Assembly: GCA_016218065.1 (NCBI GenBank)
Contig: JACRFA010000109.1
Location: forward strand, 9,624 to 73,623
DNA: 64,000 nucleotides
Source: Ignavibacteriota bacterium
GTDB taxonomy: Bacteria; Bacteroidota; Ignavibacteria; UBA10030; UBA6906
Direction of reading: 5' to 3'
Shown here: positions 37,801-47,368 of the stretch, in pieces
How the letters are laid out: every line of letters starts with the position of its first letter
Numbering within the stretch: position 1 is the first letter of the stretch
Notes under the pieces: generated by a model
Told to the model about the DNA's origin: nothing
Database searches by the model: none
Seen by the model: only the letters and a program-made list of their open reading frames with translations
Position numbers and translations under genes: made by a program

Positions 37801-39765
37801 GGAAATCGTGAACACGCTGTTACTTTCGTCGCGCACGCTCACGCTGTCTTTCCATTGCACTGCCACTTTGCATTGTGTCGATGGCGTCGCCGGCACAGTC
37901 CAGTTGAGCAAGCCCGGTACTGCCGGAATGTTCGCTGCAACTGTCGTCCATGTGCTGCCGTTGTTCGTCGAAACGAAGACGCTGACCGTATCGACATCGC
38001 CGGTGCTATTCCATCGAATCTGCTTGTTCTGTCCCTGCACCCAAATCTCGCCGCCGTTCGGCTGCAGCACGGCAACAGCATTGCCAATCAACTGAACTCG
38101 AATCGGAATGCTGCGTTGATGGGTCGGCGTTCCGCTCGGTCCCTGCCCGACAACTGTTACCACGTAGTTGCCTTCGAGAACGTTGTTCGTTTTGATTTTC
38201 AGAATCACAGAGTCGGGGTACGACGTGAGCGAATCCTTTCCAACCCAACTGAACGTGAACGGCGCCGGAGGCGTAACACTCACGGTGAACTTTACTTTGT
38301 TCGTGTACAGCTTCACCGCCGGCACCTTGATGACGGCAGTCGTACTGTCAGTGAACTTCAGCGTGTCTCTCACTGCCCGTGCGAGCATCGCAAAGTCGGG
38401 GAAGTACGCCGTCATGCCGGTGTAGTTGGGACTCGGCGCGTTGCGGAAATCAGACCAGACCGCGAGCGCAGCATAGCGACTGGATGTGATCGCATCGTAG
38501 TCGCCGCGGTACGTCGGGCCTGCTGCTCCGCTGATGTTGATCTTGAATGTACGATTGGTCAGACGTTGATTGGGTGCGAACGTGAGTCCGCCGTCATCCG
38601 TGTAGGTCGCATACACGTCCATGCTGTCGCTTGTCGGCACACGACGCGTGTCGTAGAATTTGACATAGAGTCGTCCGGTCTCCTTGTCGCACCAGATCGC
38701 CGGATGGAATTGAAAGTTGTTCTGCGAGCTTGGATCGTCATTCACGACCACGGCGTTCGACCATGTGGTTCCCTGATCGGTCGAGGAGCGAAGGAAGATA
38801 TCCGACTTGTTGCCGTTGCCGGAGGGATTGTTCGACGCATAGACAAGATACAAGCGTCCGCGATTCGGGCCGAAGCTATTGTCTGCCGCAATCATCGGAT
38901 ACGGACGGCAGCGCATGCCTTGCACTGTCGAGCGGCCGCTGAGTTCGGTGCCGATCAGGTTGGAGAATTGGTTGCTTGATTTCTGGGAGAAGGTTACGCC
39001 GCCGTCGGTAGAAGCATAGAACGTGTAGATGCCCGCGGCATTCGTTCCCGAATGCGTCACGACGTACACCGCTCCGCCGGAGACATTGTTGGCGCCGAGA
39101 ACATTCGGACCAACTGCCACCATCATGCCGGGCAATGATTGTGTCGTGGGGGTAAACGTGTTCGTCCACGTCGCCCCGAGGTCGGTGCTGCGCGCAAAGT
39201 TGCCGCCCGGGCTTGCCGTCATCACCGTGTACACGTAGTTCGCGTACGGCCCCATCGTCTGGTCGCATGCAAGCCAGTTTTTGTCAACTCCCGCAATTGC
39301 GTTGACGGCGGTCGTCCATGTTGCGCCGTTATCTGTCGAGCGGAGAATTTTGCAGCCTACCGGCCCGCCGTACATCGTCTCATAGTAGAGGTTGCCGAGA
39401 CTATCGTATGCGGTCAACGGATCGCCCTGCGCCGTGACGCCAAAGTTTGGCGACGAGGCAGTCCAGTTCATGCCGTTGGTCGTTCGGAACGCCGCGTTGA
39501 TATTGAAAGCGTTGAAGGCCCACTGCGGGTTACGCGGGTTGCTCGAAATGTGCGGCTCCGATTCCGTTGTGCCGAGATCGAAATTGTCGAACCCGTCCGG
39601 CGTCGTAATAACGGCGACGGACTGCCTGCCCGATGGCGGGCCAAAGATTTCCGACCGCACGGGCGGCGAATCGTACTTCGGGTTGTCTTGCGCATGGACT
39701 TGCGCGCTGAACAACAAAGCAATCAGAAACAATCCAGCGAAGAGCACTCGAGAAGCAAGTTGCAT
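34825..39765 (-). CDS. giant secreted BNR/sialidase-like propeller protein with Ig-like domains, second BNR/Ycf48-like propeller and T9SS sorting domain
   Basis: 1646 aa with a signal peptide ending 'VHAQ'. Asp-boxes 'STDNGATW', 'STDLGATW', 'STDQGTTW', 'TDDGGLTF'. C-terminal set 'TTNGGTTW', 'TTDSGTTW', 'STDLGATW', 'TSNGGVTW'. Tail 'FALEQNYPNPFNPTTTIEF..LILLK'. Confidence 0.85.
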   Translation of the reverse strand: MQLASRVLFAGLFLIALLFSAQVHAQDNPKYDSPPVRSEIFGPPSGRQSVAVITTPDGFDNFDLGTTESEPHISSNPRNPQWAFNAFNINAAFRTTNGMNWTASSPNFGVTAQGDPLTAYDSLGNLYYETMYGGPVGCKILRSTDNGATWTTAVNAIAGVDKNWLACDQTMGPYANYVYTVMTASPGGNFARSTDLGATWTNTFTPTTQSLPGMMVAVGPNVLGANNVSGGAVYVVTHSGTNAAGIYTFYASTDGGVTFSQKSSNQFSNLIGTELSGRSTVQGMRCRPYPMIAADNSFGPNRGRLYLVYASNNPSGNGNKSDIFLRSSTDQGTTWSNAVVVNDDPSSQNNFQFHPAIWCDKETGRLYVKFYDTRRVPTSDSMDVYATYTDDGGLTFAPNQRLTNRTFKINISGAAGPTYRGDYDAITSSRYAALAVWSDFRNAPSPNYTGMTAYFPDFAMLARAVRDTLKFTDSTTAVIKVPAVKLYTNKVKFTVSVTPPAPFTFSWVGKDSLTSYPDSVILKIKTNNVLEGNYVVTVVGQGPSGTPTHQRSIPIRVQLIGNAVAVLQPNGGEIWVQGQNKQIRWNSTGDVDTVSVFVSTNNGSTWTTVAANIPAVPGLLNWTVPATPSTQCKVAVQWKDSVSVRDESNSVFTISAPTALMSTTTDTLRAVLEVGNFTGYDTLRLSNSGTLALNWSSTGTTWANASPASGSVPVDSTRRIPVRFNSNGLLAGTYLGNLTVTGNDPFHSPLTVPMRLRVFGVARFVVTPDTFAFSRAAGSDTTRATFRIRNTGTDTLRYRIEEGLPTAASTAAAIQRSITQQNTPVAVKGGMEPPSAAGDSPDGRGGPDAFGYTWIDSDEPGGPAVQFFNISSVGTQITTMTTGTLDDGYATVAMPAAFTFYGNSYTSVNITTNGFLNFGAGSTSLSNGAIPSTAAPNNAVYAIWDDLDFRFRGKLLYYHDAANGRFIVQWDSVPRYNSGGAGAEVDTLTFQIVLKQTGEVYVNYRNLVSTTLNSSTTGIENSTGTVGLQVQNNSSYLHNNLTVLLTKDLVSWLSTDRGDGTIAPLDSQAVQIRVHPEGMSNGTYNAILTITGTGSPDIGRVRVRLDVTGGATPSVTVTSPNGGENWTIGSVRQITWNQSLVDTVKIEYSTAGRNGPYTVITSGVPAQPGQWIHPKANAVAIAGSVLDNPTGTFAWTVPNAPSTTCFVRISRKSSGTPADTSNAAFTIATQSSGDTSWTVQTSGTTSTIYWIKVINDLVAWAGGTGGVVLRTTNGGTTWQSVGGGAIGTADVYSGDALDANTAYVTTSPSATYIYKTTNGGALWTQVYTLAAAFIDGIQMKTTTEGYAVGDPVGGKWIVLKTTDSGTTWARMATEPTQVGTEAGWNNAFQLLGNNLWFGTNSSKVYRSTDLGATWASAATTGANSYGVYFNSATQGAAVFASGVTNYTTNGGTSWTAGGAAGTGQGTGITGTSGTEFWATVGTNVYYTSNGGVTWAATPKNGYTGATALWALDVVAQAGGTFGWAGGASGAIVRYRRTINEVAADVNGIPATFALEQNYPNPFNPTTTIEFALPEQATVSLKIYNLLGQEVVTLADGDMEAAFHRVVWNGRNASGAQIATGMYFYRFVAVGASGETFTSLKKLILLK

Positions 39766-40215
39766 AGTAGTTACTCCGATGTGATGATTTGTGATAGTGG
39801 TGAGATGATGACGATGGAAAGAACGGCGTCAGCGCCGTGAAAAATCCCTCACATAAGTAGCAATAATTGTTTGCAGATGCAAGGGGCGGCGAAGATTTCC
39901 AACAATTCAGTTGATCCTGTCAAAATTATCTAACAGGATTTACAGCCTGCGCGCCAGGCGGGAATGAACGTGGATGAAGGCGTCTTGCCGTTCGCGTCAC
40001 CGCCGTCTATATTTGAATGTTCTTTGTTCGCAAATACTGAAAAGCACGAGCAACAGGAATTGCTGCGGGGACAAGGGGATGTACACCTGCCGTATCTTAC
40101 CTGTCTTGACTGCTTGCACGTGATGCGACCGCTTGCCCGAAGTTCACAAGCCAGCATGAAGTGGGAACTGCTTTTCACCAATGAAACTGAAACGAGTAGA
40201 GGCAACAAAAAACAT

Positions 40216-40354
40216 TTGCACAACACATTCCCCTCTGTGCGATGGGATTGTGTGAAGGGGAGAGGGGAACCGAAGGCCTGCCCGCCCAAAGAACACCATA
40301 GGCAGGCGGGGGTGTGTTGCAGGTGCAAAGGAACACACCCCGTCCCGATTCGCT
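40216..40354. repeat. 139-bp hairpin-rich intergenic repeat, copy 1
   Basis: TTGCACAACACATTCCCCTCTGTG...GGGTGTGT(n15)ACACACCCCGTCCCGATTCGCT. Internal inverted repeats are TTCCCCTCT/AGAGGGGAA and GGGTGTGT/ACACACCC. Confidence 0.85.
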
Positions 40355-40412
40355 CCGCTCATCGGGACACCCCTCTCCAGAGGGGAATCATTGGTCGTGC
40401 GATGAAAGAAAC

Positions 40413-40552
40413 TTGCACAACACATTCCCCTCTGTGAGATGGGATGTATGAAGGGGAGAGGGGAACCGAAGGCCTGCCCGCCTCGGAGAGTCCAATCAGG
40501 CAGGCGGGGGTGTGTCCCAGGTGCAAAGAGACACACCCCGTCCCGATTCGCT
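40413..40552. repeat. 140-bp hairpin-rich intergenic repeat, copy 2
   Basis: Same order of blocks as copy 1, starting 197 bp downstream. Differences are confined mainly to the hairpin loops. Confidence 0.85.
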
Positions 40553-40596
40553 CAAGAGGAGAATCCGAAACCCGATGACTTCTTCAACCGACGCGC

Positions 40597-43503
40597 TTAG
40601 CGAACGAGCAGCATCCTCTTCGTCTCAACAAATGACCCCGCTTGGAGTTTGTACAAATACATGCCGCTCGCAAGTCCGGTTGTCTCAAACGCAGCCGAGT
40701 ACGTTCCGGCCGAGAGTTTGTCGTTGACAAGAGTCGCGATCTCGCGGCCAAGCAGATCATAAATCTTCAAGGTCACCTCCTGCGATCCGTGATCGAGCGT
40801 CGGGATGCCGAACCGAATCGTCGTCGATGGGTTGAACGGATTCGGGTAATTCTGCTCAAGCACGTATGTCTCAGGAATCAGATTGTAATCCCGCAACGCG
40901 ACTGAGGTGAAGCCATGACCGCGGCCGCGCAATGCAACGAACACAGTATCATCCGCCGGATCGGGATCGTTCGTGAGCATGCGCAGTGTTGCGCTGTAGC
41001 TCAGCGTCGAATCGAGCGGCGTGAAAATCACCCGTACAACTGACGAATCGTTGGGGCCTACCTTCAGCGTCGGCGTTAGCGTTGCAAAGCGTCCGGGCGG
41101 AGTGACGTTGCATGTTGTTCGCAGTGTGTCAGTGCCGATGTTTCGCACACGTACGGTCAGCGTGTCCGTCGTATTGATGCGCACCGGGCCGAAGTTAAGT
41201 GTGTCGCGCGGCGTAGCGCTGACTTGTGCAATTCCCATCACCGTGAGCCGAAGCGGCACAAGCACTGTCGCGTGGAAAGGATCATTGCTCGCGACGGACA
41301 AGTTGCCCCAGTACGTTCCGCCCAGCAGTCCGTTCGCGCTGAAGCGAACCGGCGCACGCCGGGTCGAATCCGCCGGAACAGAACCGCTTGCAGGGAAGCC
41401 GTTGGCCCACGTCGGGCCTGTTGTCGTCCAGTTGAGCGACACCGTTCCCGTATTGGAAATGCGCAGCGTGTCGAATCCAACGTTGTTGCCATGCTGCACC
41501 ACTGCGCGAAGTGAATCAGGCGCGGTGCTGATGAGCGCTGCCGGTGCGGAGATCACGAATGTTGTATCGCTCTGATCGCGGATTGTCGTGGTGCTGTCGA
41601 TCCATGAAATGCGTACGCGCGCTTGCGTCGTCGGTGATGCAGGAATAGTCCAGCTCAATGAATCGACGTTTGCCTGCACATTCGCATTCACGACATTCCA
41701 CGAGGAGCCGTTGTTGGTCGAGTATTCGATGCGAACTGTATCCACATCGCCCGACTTTCTCCATCGGATTTTTCTGACTTGTCCTTGAATCCACACCTCG
41801 CCGCCGTTCGGTTGCAACACCGTCACCGCGTTGGGGATGTACTGCACGCGGATCGGGACAGTTCGCTGATGAATCGGCGTACCGTTTGGTCCTCGCCCGA
41901 CGATGTTGATCATATAGTTGCCATCGGGAACATTGTTCGTCTTCACTTTCAACGTCAGTGAATCCGGAACTGCCGCCAATGAATCGCCCTGGGGCCACGA
42001 GAGAATGAACGGACCCGAAGACACCGTTGCCGTAAACTTGACGCCGTAGGTATATAATTTGACTTCAGGAATCTTCACGCGAATCGTTGTGCTGTCGGTA
42101 TTCTTCAGCGTATCACGCGCGGGTTGTGCAAGCATGGCGAAGTCTGGCAAGTACGCCGTCATGCCCGTATAGTTCGGACTTGGCGCATTGCGGAAATCTG
42201 TCCACACCGCCATGGCCGCGTAGCGGTTCGACGTGATCGCGTCATAATCTCCGCGATAAGTTGGGCCGGCTGCTCCGCTGATGTTGATCTTGAATGTTCG
42301 ATTGGTCAGACGCTGGTTTGGCGCGAACGTGAGTCCTCCGTCGTCCGTGTAGGTCGCATACACATCCGTACTGTCGCTTGTCGGCACGCGGCGTGTATCG
42401 TAGAATTTGATGTAGAGCCGCCCCGTCTGCTTGTCGCACCAGATCGCCGGATGGAATTGGTAGTTGTTCTGCGAGTTCGGATCATCATTCACAACAGCAG
42501 CGCTTGACCACGTTGCGCCTTGATCGGTGGAGTAGCGAAGGAAGATATCCGACTTGTTGCCGTTGCCCGCGGGATTGTTGGAGGCGTACACAAGATACAA
42601 GCGGCCGCGATTCGGGCCAAAACTGTTATCGGCCGCGATCATCGGGTACGGACGACAGCGCATGCCTTGGACAGTCGATCGCCCGCTGAGTTCAGTGCCG
42701 ATGAGGTTGGCAAACTGCACGCTCGATTTTGCCGTGAACGTGAAGCCGCCGTCTTTCGACACAAAGAAATTGTACACACCCGCGGCGTTCGATCCGGAAT
42801 GCGTCACGACGTACACACATCCGCCCGACGTGTCGATGGCGCTCAACACATTCGGTCCGACGGCAACCATCATTCCCGGCAAGCTGTGTGTCGTGGGCTG
42901 AAACGTCGTTGTCCACGTTGCGCCGTGATCTGTGCTGCGGGCGAACGATCCGCCGCCTCCATTGCGCGTCATTGTTGTGTACACGTAGTTGGCAAAGGGT
43001 CCCATCGTCTGATCGGCGGCAATCCAATTCTTGTCGACTCCCTCTACTGATGAAACCGCAGAGCTCCATGTTTGCCCATTGTTCGCGGAAGTGACAACCC
43101 AGCATCCTGTTATCGGACTCTTCATCGTTTCATAAAAGAGATTGCCGAGACTGTCGTACGCTGCGACAGGATCGCCGGCGGCATTGGGGAACGAAGGATT
43201 GTTCGTGGCCCACGTGTAGCCATCTTCTGAATGAAATGTCGTATTGGTGTTGAATGCATTGAAGTGCCACGCCGGGTTGAGCGGGTTCGACGCCATGTGA
43301 GGCTCGGCGTTCGTTGTGCCGAGATTGAAGTTGTCGAAACCATCCGGCGTTGTTATCACCATAACGCTCGACGGCGTTGGCGTCGGGCCGAGCAACGGCT
43401 GAAGCGGAGGAGTGTCCAGAGTGGGATTGTCTTGTGCACGAAGAGAGAGGGGAGCGAGAAAGGCGAGCAGGCAGAAAGCGAACAGGGGGTGATCACGTCG
43501 CAT
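40597..43503 (-). CDS. BNR/sialidase-like propeller T9SS cargo, shorter paralog of 34825..39765
   Basis: 968 aa with signal peptide 'LSLRAQ'. The first ~800 aa are collinear with the 1646-aa neighbour, including long identical runs such as 'RSTVQGMRCRPYPMIAADNSFGPNRGRLYLVYASNNP'. Tail 'YVLEQNYPNPFNPSTTIRF..MLLVR'. Confidence 0.85.
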   Translation of the reverse strand: MRRDHPLFAFCLLAFLAPLSLRAQDNPTLDTPPLQPLLGPTPTPSSVMVITTPDGFDNFNLGTTNAEPHMASNPLNPAWHFNAFNTNTTFHSEDGYTWATNNPSFPNAAGDPVAAYDSLGNLFYETMKSPITGCWVVTSANNGQTWSSAVSSVEGVDKNWIAADQTMGPFANYVYTTMTRNGGGGSFARSTDHGATWTTTFQPTTHSLPGMMVAVGPNVLSAIDTSGGCVYVVTHSGSNAAGVYNFFVSKDGGFTFTAKSSVQFANLIGTELSGRSTVQGMRCRPYPMIAADNSFGPNRGRLYLVYASNNPAGNGNKSDIFLRYSTDQGATWSSAAVVNDDPNSQNNYQFHPAIWCDKQTGRLYIKFYDTRRVPTSDSTDVYATYTDDGGLTFAPNQRLTNRTFKINISGAAGPTYRGDYDAITSNRYAAMAVWTDFRNAPSPNYTGMTAYLPDFAMLAQPARDTLKNTDSTTIRVKIPEVKLYTYGVKFTATVSSGPFILSWPQGDSLAAVPDSLTLKVKTNNVPDGNYMINIVGRGPNGTPIHQRTVPIRVQYIPNAVTVLQPNGGEVWIQGQVRKIRWRKSGDVDTVRIEYSTNNGSSWNVVNANVQANVDSLSWTIPASPTTQARVRISWIDSTTTIRDQSDTTFVISAPAALISTAPDSLRAVVQHGNNVGFDTLRISNTGTVSLNWTTTGPTWANGFPASGSVPADSTRRAPVRFSANGLLGGTYWGNLSVASNDPFHATVLVPLRLTVMGIAQVSATPRDTLNFGPVRINTTDTLTVRVRNIGTDTLRTTCNVTPPGRFATLTPTLKVGPNDSSVVRVIFTPLDSTLSYSATLRMLTNDPDPADDTVFVALRGRGHGFTSVALRDYNLIPETYVLEQNYPNPFNPSTTIRFGIPTLDHGSQEVTLKIYDLLGREIATLVNDKLSAGTYSAAFETTGLASGMYLYKLQAGSFVETKRMLLVR

Positions 43504-43622
43504 AGGCGATCTCCATGTTGTTAAATGTGAATGAACAGCTTCTTGTATTCTACCGGGGGAGAACTGCTTCTTAATAGGGAATATTCATTCGAGATGCAAG
43601 TGGCGACACAATCGCTCGAACA

Positions 43623-44090
43623 TCACATCAGCAGAAACTTCTTCAGCTCGTCGAACGACGAGAACATCAACGTTGTGCAACCCAGCACCCAACCCGGAAT
43701 ATCGAGGATGGGCATAGTGGTTACCATGTACACCGGCTTGCCGAAGTGTTTGGCGATTGTCAGCTCGCCCTTTGTCCCGGCTCCGCGCATCGCCGAGTCA
43801 TCCCAATAACAAATCACGAGGTCTGATCGCTCGGCGATCTCTTTGCAGTCAAGCTCCACAAGCTGAGAAACGATGGAGGCATATTTGACGATGTCGGTTT
43901 TCTTGAGCAGTCTGACATCGACGCCGGGGAATGCCCGCGCAAAGAACTTGTCGCTCTCGACATTCGGATTGAACACGTGGCACTTGACGTTTTCTGTCAG
44001 CCACGTATGCATCGTCTGTCGCCAATCGCGTCCTTCGTCCTCGGCGTATTCCATTCCACCGGAAAGATAAACAGAGGTAATGTTGGTCAT
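43623..44090 (-). CDS. nucleoside 2-deoxyribosyltransferase-like (YtoQ-like) Rossmann protein
   Basis: 155 aa. 'VYLSGGMEY...DWR', 'DLVICYWD...GAGTKGELTIAKHFGKPVY' follows the NDT-like pattern. Starts 7 nt after the upstream gene. Confidence 0.45.
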   Translation of the reverse strand: MTNITSVYLSGGMEYAEDEGRDWRQTMHTWLTENVKCHVFNPNVESDKFFARAFPGVDVRLLKKTDIVKYASIVSQLVELDCKEIAERSDLVICYWDDSAMRGAGTKGELTIAKHFGKPVYMVTTMPILDIPGWVLGCTTLMFSSFDELKKFLLM

Positions 44091-44097
44091 GGGGAGA

Positions 44098-44763
44098 TCA
44101 TCTCACGATATCCAGTGCATACACGTTGACGGTCGGCAGCAGGATTGCATACAACGCCCAGAGTGTGCCGCCGACGCTCGCCGGGACGAGAAGATTGTCG
44201 TCGGCAAAGGTGAAGTATGCTTCAACGAGCGCGCCGATGAGTGCGGCGATTGCGCCGACCAGATACTCGTCGGCGATGCCGGCTGCCTTGGGCGACAGCG
44301 CTACAACAACGAGTCCGCTGAGAAAGAATGCTGTCGTTCCCTCAAAGCTTTTTTTCAGAAACCGGTGACGGCCGAACTTTCTGCCGATCAAAGCCGCCAA
44401 CGTATCGGAGACAATCAGGATTGAAAACGCAGTGATGAACACTACCTTCGGCAGAATCCACATAAAGATGCAGGCGGAGAGAAGCACGTAGGTTGCGCCG
44501 TTGAGCCGCCGCTCGCTGTCGTTGCGTTCGTGACTTCGCAGCAGCCAACCGAACAGCTTATGATAGAGCGCCCGGGTCGGCGCATGGTACACGCGGGCGA
44601 GGTCGCTCACGCCAAAAACAAAAGTCAACGGCAGCAGGATGGTCAGCGCCGTTGACTTGGAAACAAAATAGTACACGATGGGAATAGAAAGCGAGCAGAG
44701 ATGAATTGTCTTGCGGACCAACTCTACGGCGTAACTCTGCTCGACGTTCGGCAGTTCATTCAT
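44098..44763 (-). CDS. CTP-dependent polyprenol/phytol kinase-like membrane protein (CdsA/dolichol-kinase superfamily)
   Basis: Multi-pass membrane protein with '[19 protein letters not shown]'. Its ATG overlaps the ftsH stop (ATGA at 44760-44763). Confidence 0.6.
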   Translation of the reverse strand: MNELPNVEQSYAVELVRKTIHLCSLSIPIVYYFVSKSTALTILLPLTFVFGVSDLARVYHAPTRALYHKLFGWLLRSHERNDSERRLNGATYVLLSACIFMWILPKVVFITAFSILIVSDTLAALIGRKFGRHRFLKKSFEGTTAFFLSGLVVVALSPKAAGIADEYLVGAIAALIGALVEAYFTFADDNLLVPASVGGTLWALYAILLPTVNVYALDIVR

Positions 44764-46796
44764 TTCTTCGCGTCGTTCGACTCGACTGTTACGGGTGCAT
44801 GGCCGTTGCCGCGCTTACCAACCGGCGGCAGCTCTTCGCCGCGAATCAATGTGTCGATTTCCACGGCGTCGAGAATCTCTCGCTCAAGCAGCGCCAGCGA
44901 GAGGCTGTGCAGCAACCCGATGTTCTCGTTCAGAATGCGTTCGGCGCGCTTCATGCCGTTTTCGACAATGGACCGGATCTCTTTATCGATGGTGACGGCG
45001 GTGTCTTCACTGTAATTCTTCTGACGCGTGATCTGGCGACCGAGGAAGATCTCCTCGTCTTTCTGTCCGTACGTCAGCGGGCCGAGTTTTTCGCTCATAC
45101 CCCACTCGCAGACCATCTTGCGTGAGATTTCCGTTGAGCGTTCGATGTCGTTGCCCGCGCCGGTCGTCAGTTCGCCGAAGACAATCTTTTCGGCCGCTCG
45201 TCCTCCGAGCGCGTAGCAGATCATCGCTTCAAGGTACGCCTTTGAGTACGTGTGCTTCTCGTCGATGGGCAGGTACGTCGTCAGGCCTAGCGCACGCCCG
45301 CGCGGGATGATCGTCACTTTATGAACAGGATCGGCTTCGGGAATCATGCGGGCAACAAGCACGTGCCCGATCTCGTGATAGGAAGTGACCTTCTTTTCTT
45401 TCTCCGAGATGATCATGCTCTTGCGTTCCATTCCCATCATCACTTTGTCTTTCGCTTCTTCGAAGTGACGCATGGTCACGGCCTTGTCGTTCTGGCGTGC
45501 TGCCAGCAGGGCCGCTTCGTTCACGAGGTTCGCCAGCTCGGCGCCCGCGAGTCCCGGCGTTCCTTTCGCCAGCGTCTCAAGCTTCACGTCTTCGGCGAGC
45601 GGAATGTTCTTCGTGTGCACGCGGAGAATTCCTTCGCGGCCTTTCACGTCCGGTCGGTCAACGACCACCTGCCGGTCGAAACGACCGGGGCGCATCAACG
45701 CCGGATCGAGAACGTCTGGCCGGTTGGTTGCTGCGATAATAATCACGCCGCTGTTTTGTTCGAAGCCGTCCATCTCAACGAGAAGCTGATTGAGCGTTTG
45801 CTCGCGTTCATCATGTCCGCCGCCCAATCCCGCGCCGCGGTGACGCCCGACGGCGTCGATCTCATCGATGAAGATGATGCACGGCGCGTTCTTCTTTCCT
45901 TGCTCGAACAAGTCGCGCACGCGGCTCGCACCAACTCCCACAAACATCTCGACAAAGTCAGCGCCCGAAATCGAGAAGAATGGAACGCCGGCTTCACCGG
46001 CGACCGCTCGCGCCAGCAATGTCTTTCCCGTGCCGGGAGGGCCGAGCAGCAACACGCCGCGTGGAATCTTGCCGCCGAGCTTTTGAAATTTCGTCGGCTC
46101 TTTCAGGAACTCGATGATCTCCTGCAACTCGATCTTCGCCTCATCAGCGCCGGCGACATCGAGGAACGTTACTTTGGGCGCGCCTTCGTTCAGCATTTTC
46201 GCGCGGCTCTTGCCGAACGAGAAAATGCCCTTAGGTCCGGTACCCTGCATGCGTCGCATAATGATCAGCCACACGACCAGCAACAGAATCCACGGCAGCG
46301 CGCCGATCAGCGCGCTGATCCAGGTATTGTCTTCACGCACGACGGTGAACTTCAGTTTGCGTTCGTTCCACTCTTTGATGACGCCGCTATCGAGAATCGG
46401 CAGGGTGAGTGTGAACTTCTGGAAATTTACCGTCTTGCCGCCGCGGGTGATCTGCTTCGGCTCGCGGAGGGTGCCATGAAAATCGTAGTTGGTCAGCTCC
46501 GATTTTCTGATCGTCGCTTCTGCGATGTCGTTGGCTTGCAGGTACTCCTGGTATTCGGTGTATGTGATTTCGACTTCGTTCCCCTCGGTACCTTTGAAGA
46601 TTGTCATAACGAGGAAGACGAGCAGGATAATCGCCGACCAGCTCAGCACAACCTTGAGTACTTTGTTCCAGTTGAAATCATCGTCAGGACGCAGCTGCTG
46701 GCCGGGACGTTTCTTTCCCGGGCGGGGAAAACTTCTCCGCCGCTCCGAGTCGCCCGGACGACGACTGCCGTTCTCTGATTTTTTTTGGTCTTCCAT
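44760..46796 (-). CDS. ftsH: ATP-dependent zinc metalloprotease FtsH
   Basis: '[18 protein letters not shown]', 'IIFIDEIDA', SRH '[20 protein letters not shown]', 'HEIGHVLV'. Confidence 0.96.
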   Translation of the reverse strand: MEDQKKSENGSRRPGDSERRRSFPRPGKKRPGQQLRPDDDFNWNKVLKVVLSWSAIILLVFLVMTIFKGTEGNEVEITYTEYQEYLQANDIAEATIRKSELTNYDFHGTLREPKQITRGGKTVNFQKFTLTLPILDSGVIKEWNERKLKFTVVREDNTWISALIGALPWILLLVVWLIIMRRMQGTGPKGIFSFGKSRAKMLNEGAPKVTFLDVAGADEAKIELQEIIEFLKEPTKFQKLGGKIPRGVLLLGPPGTGKTLLARAVAGEAGVPFFSISGADFVEMFVGVGASRVRDLFEQGKKNAPCIIFIDEIDAVGRHRGAGLGGGHDEREQTLNQLLVEMDGFEQNSGVIIIAATNRPDVLDPALMRPGRFDRQVVVDRPDVKGREGILRVHTKNIPLAEDVKLETLAKGTPGLAGAELANLVNEAALLAARQNDKAVTMRHFEEAKDKVMMGMERKSMIISEKEKKVTSYHEIGHVLVARMIPEADPVHKVTIIPRGRALGLTTYLPIDEKHTYSKAYLEAMICYALGGRAAEKIVFGELTTGAGNDIERSTEISRKMVCEWGMSEKLGPLTYGQKDEEIFLGRQITRQKNYSEDTAVTIDKEIRSIVENGMKRAERILNENIGLLHSLSLALLEREILDAVEIDTLIRGEELPPVGKRGNGHAPVTVESNDAKK

Positions 46797-46813
46797 CGAA
46801 CTCCTCTTCTCTT

Positions 46814-47368
46814 CTAACTTTCGCTCTTCTTCAAGCGGTATATGGCTTTGAGATGGCGCAAGCGCTGCGCGTAATCCAAACCGTATCCGATGACAAAATC
46901 TTTGGGAATGGAAAAGCCGATGTAATCAATCCGCATCGACGATTTCACGACATCCTTTTTGTACAATAAACTAACAATGCGAAACGACTTTGGGTTCTGT
47001 TGGGTGATGAGATTTCGGATATACTCCATCGAAAGACCGGAATCGACAATGTCTTCGACGATAATAATGTCCCGGCCTTCCACCTGACAGTTCAGATCTT
47101 TGAGCAGCCGGACATTGCCGGAGCTGATTTTTGCGTCGCCGTAACTCGACAACTTCAGGAAATCCATCTCACAATCGATGGCGACCTCGCGAATCAAATC
47201 GGCAAAGAAGATGAAGGAACCGTTCAGCACGCCGATGAAGACGGGGATCGTGCCCTTGTAGTCTTTGCTGAGCTTGCGGGCGAGTTCTTTGATGCGGCTC
47301 TTGATTCGTCGTTCGCTGATCATCGGAACGAAGACATCACCGTTGATCTTGATTTCCTTCTTTGCCAT
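46814..47368 (-). CDS. hpt: hypoxanthine phosphoribosyltransferase
   Basis: '[14 protein letters not shown]' PRPP loop, '[19 protein letters not shown]'. Confidence 0.93.
   Translation of the reverse strand: MAKKEIKINGDVFVPMISERRIKSRIKELARKLSKDYKGTIPVFIGVLNGSFIFFADLIREVAIDCEMDFLKLSSYGDAKISSGNVRLLKDLNCQVEGRDIIIVEDIVDSGLSMEYIRNLITQQNPKSFRIVSLLYKKDVVKSSMRIDYIGFSIPKDFVIGYGLDYAQRLRHLKAIYRLKKSES

Noticed and set aside
39930-40536. ORFs 39930..40328(-), 39964..40437(+) and 40144..40536(-) in the spacer between the giant paralogs.
   Set aside because: Their repeated peptide blocks (for example 'GGQAFGSPLPF') are simply translations of the two 140-bp DNA repeats. There is no start context or coding-like composition.
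40216-40552. Possible CRISPR array (this repeat pair or the hairpin array at 58232..58504).
   Set aside because: There are only two copies of a 140-bp unit here. At 58 kb the six hairpins have different sequences. The spacing is not that of repeats and spacers, and there are no cas genes in the window.
45321-46778. 485-aa ORF antisense to ftsH. Similar long shadow ORFs include 1223..2095(-), 3971..5050(+), 16298..17095(-), 24082..24852(+), 25160..25936(-), 26075..27157(-), 37855..38979(+), 39139..39840(+), 42520..43050(+) and 60167..61027(-).
   Set aside because: Each lies entirely inside a gene with clear family motifs on the other strand. Each has Arg/Ala/Gly-rich, low-information translations typical of antisense frames in GC-rich DNA. 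None shows recognisable motifs.
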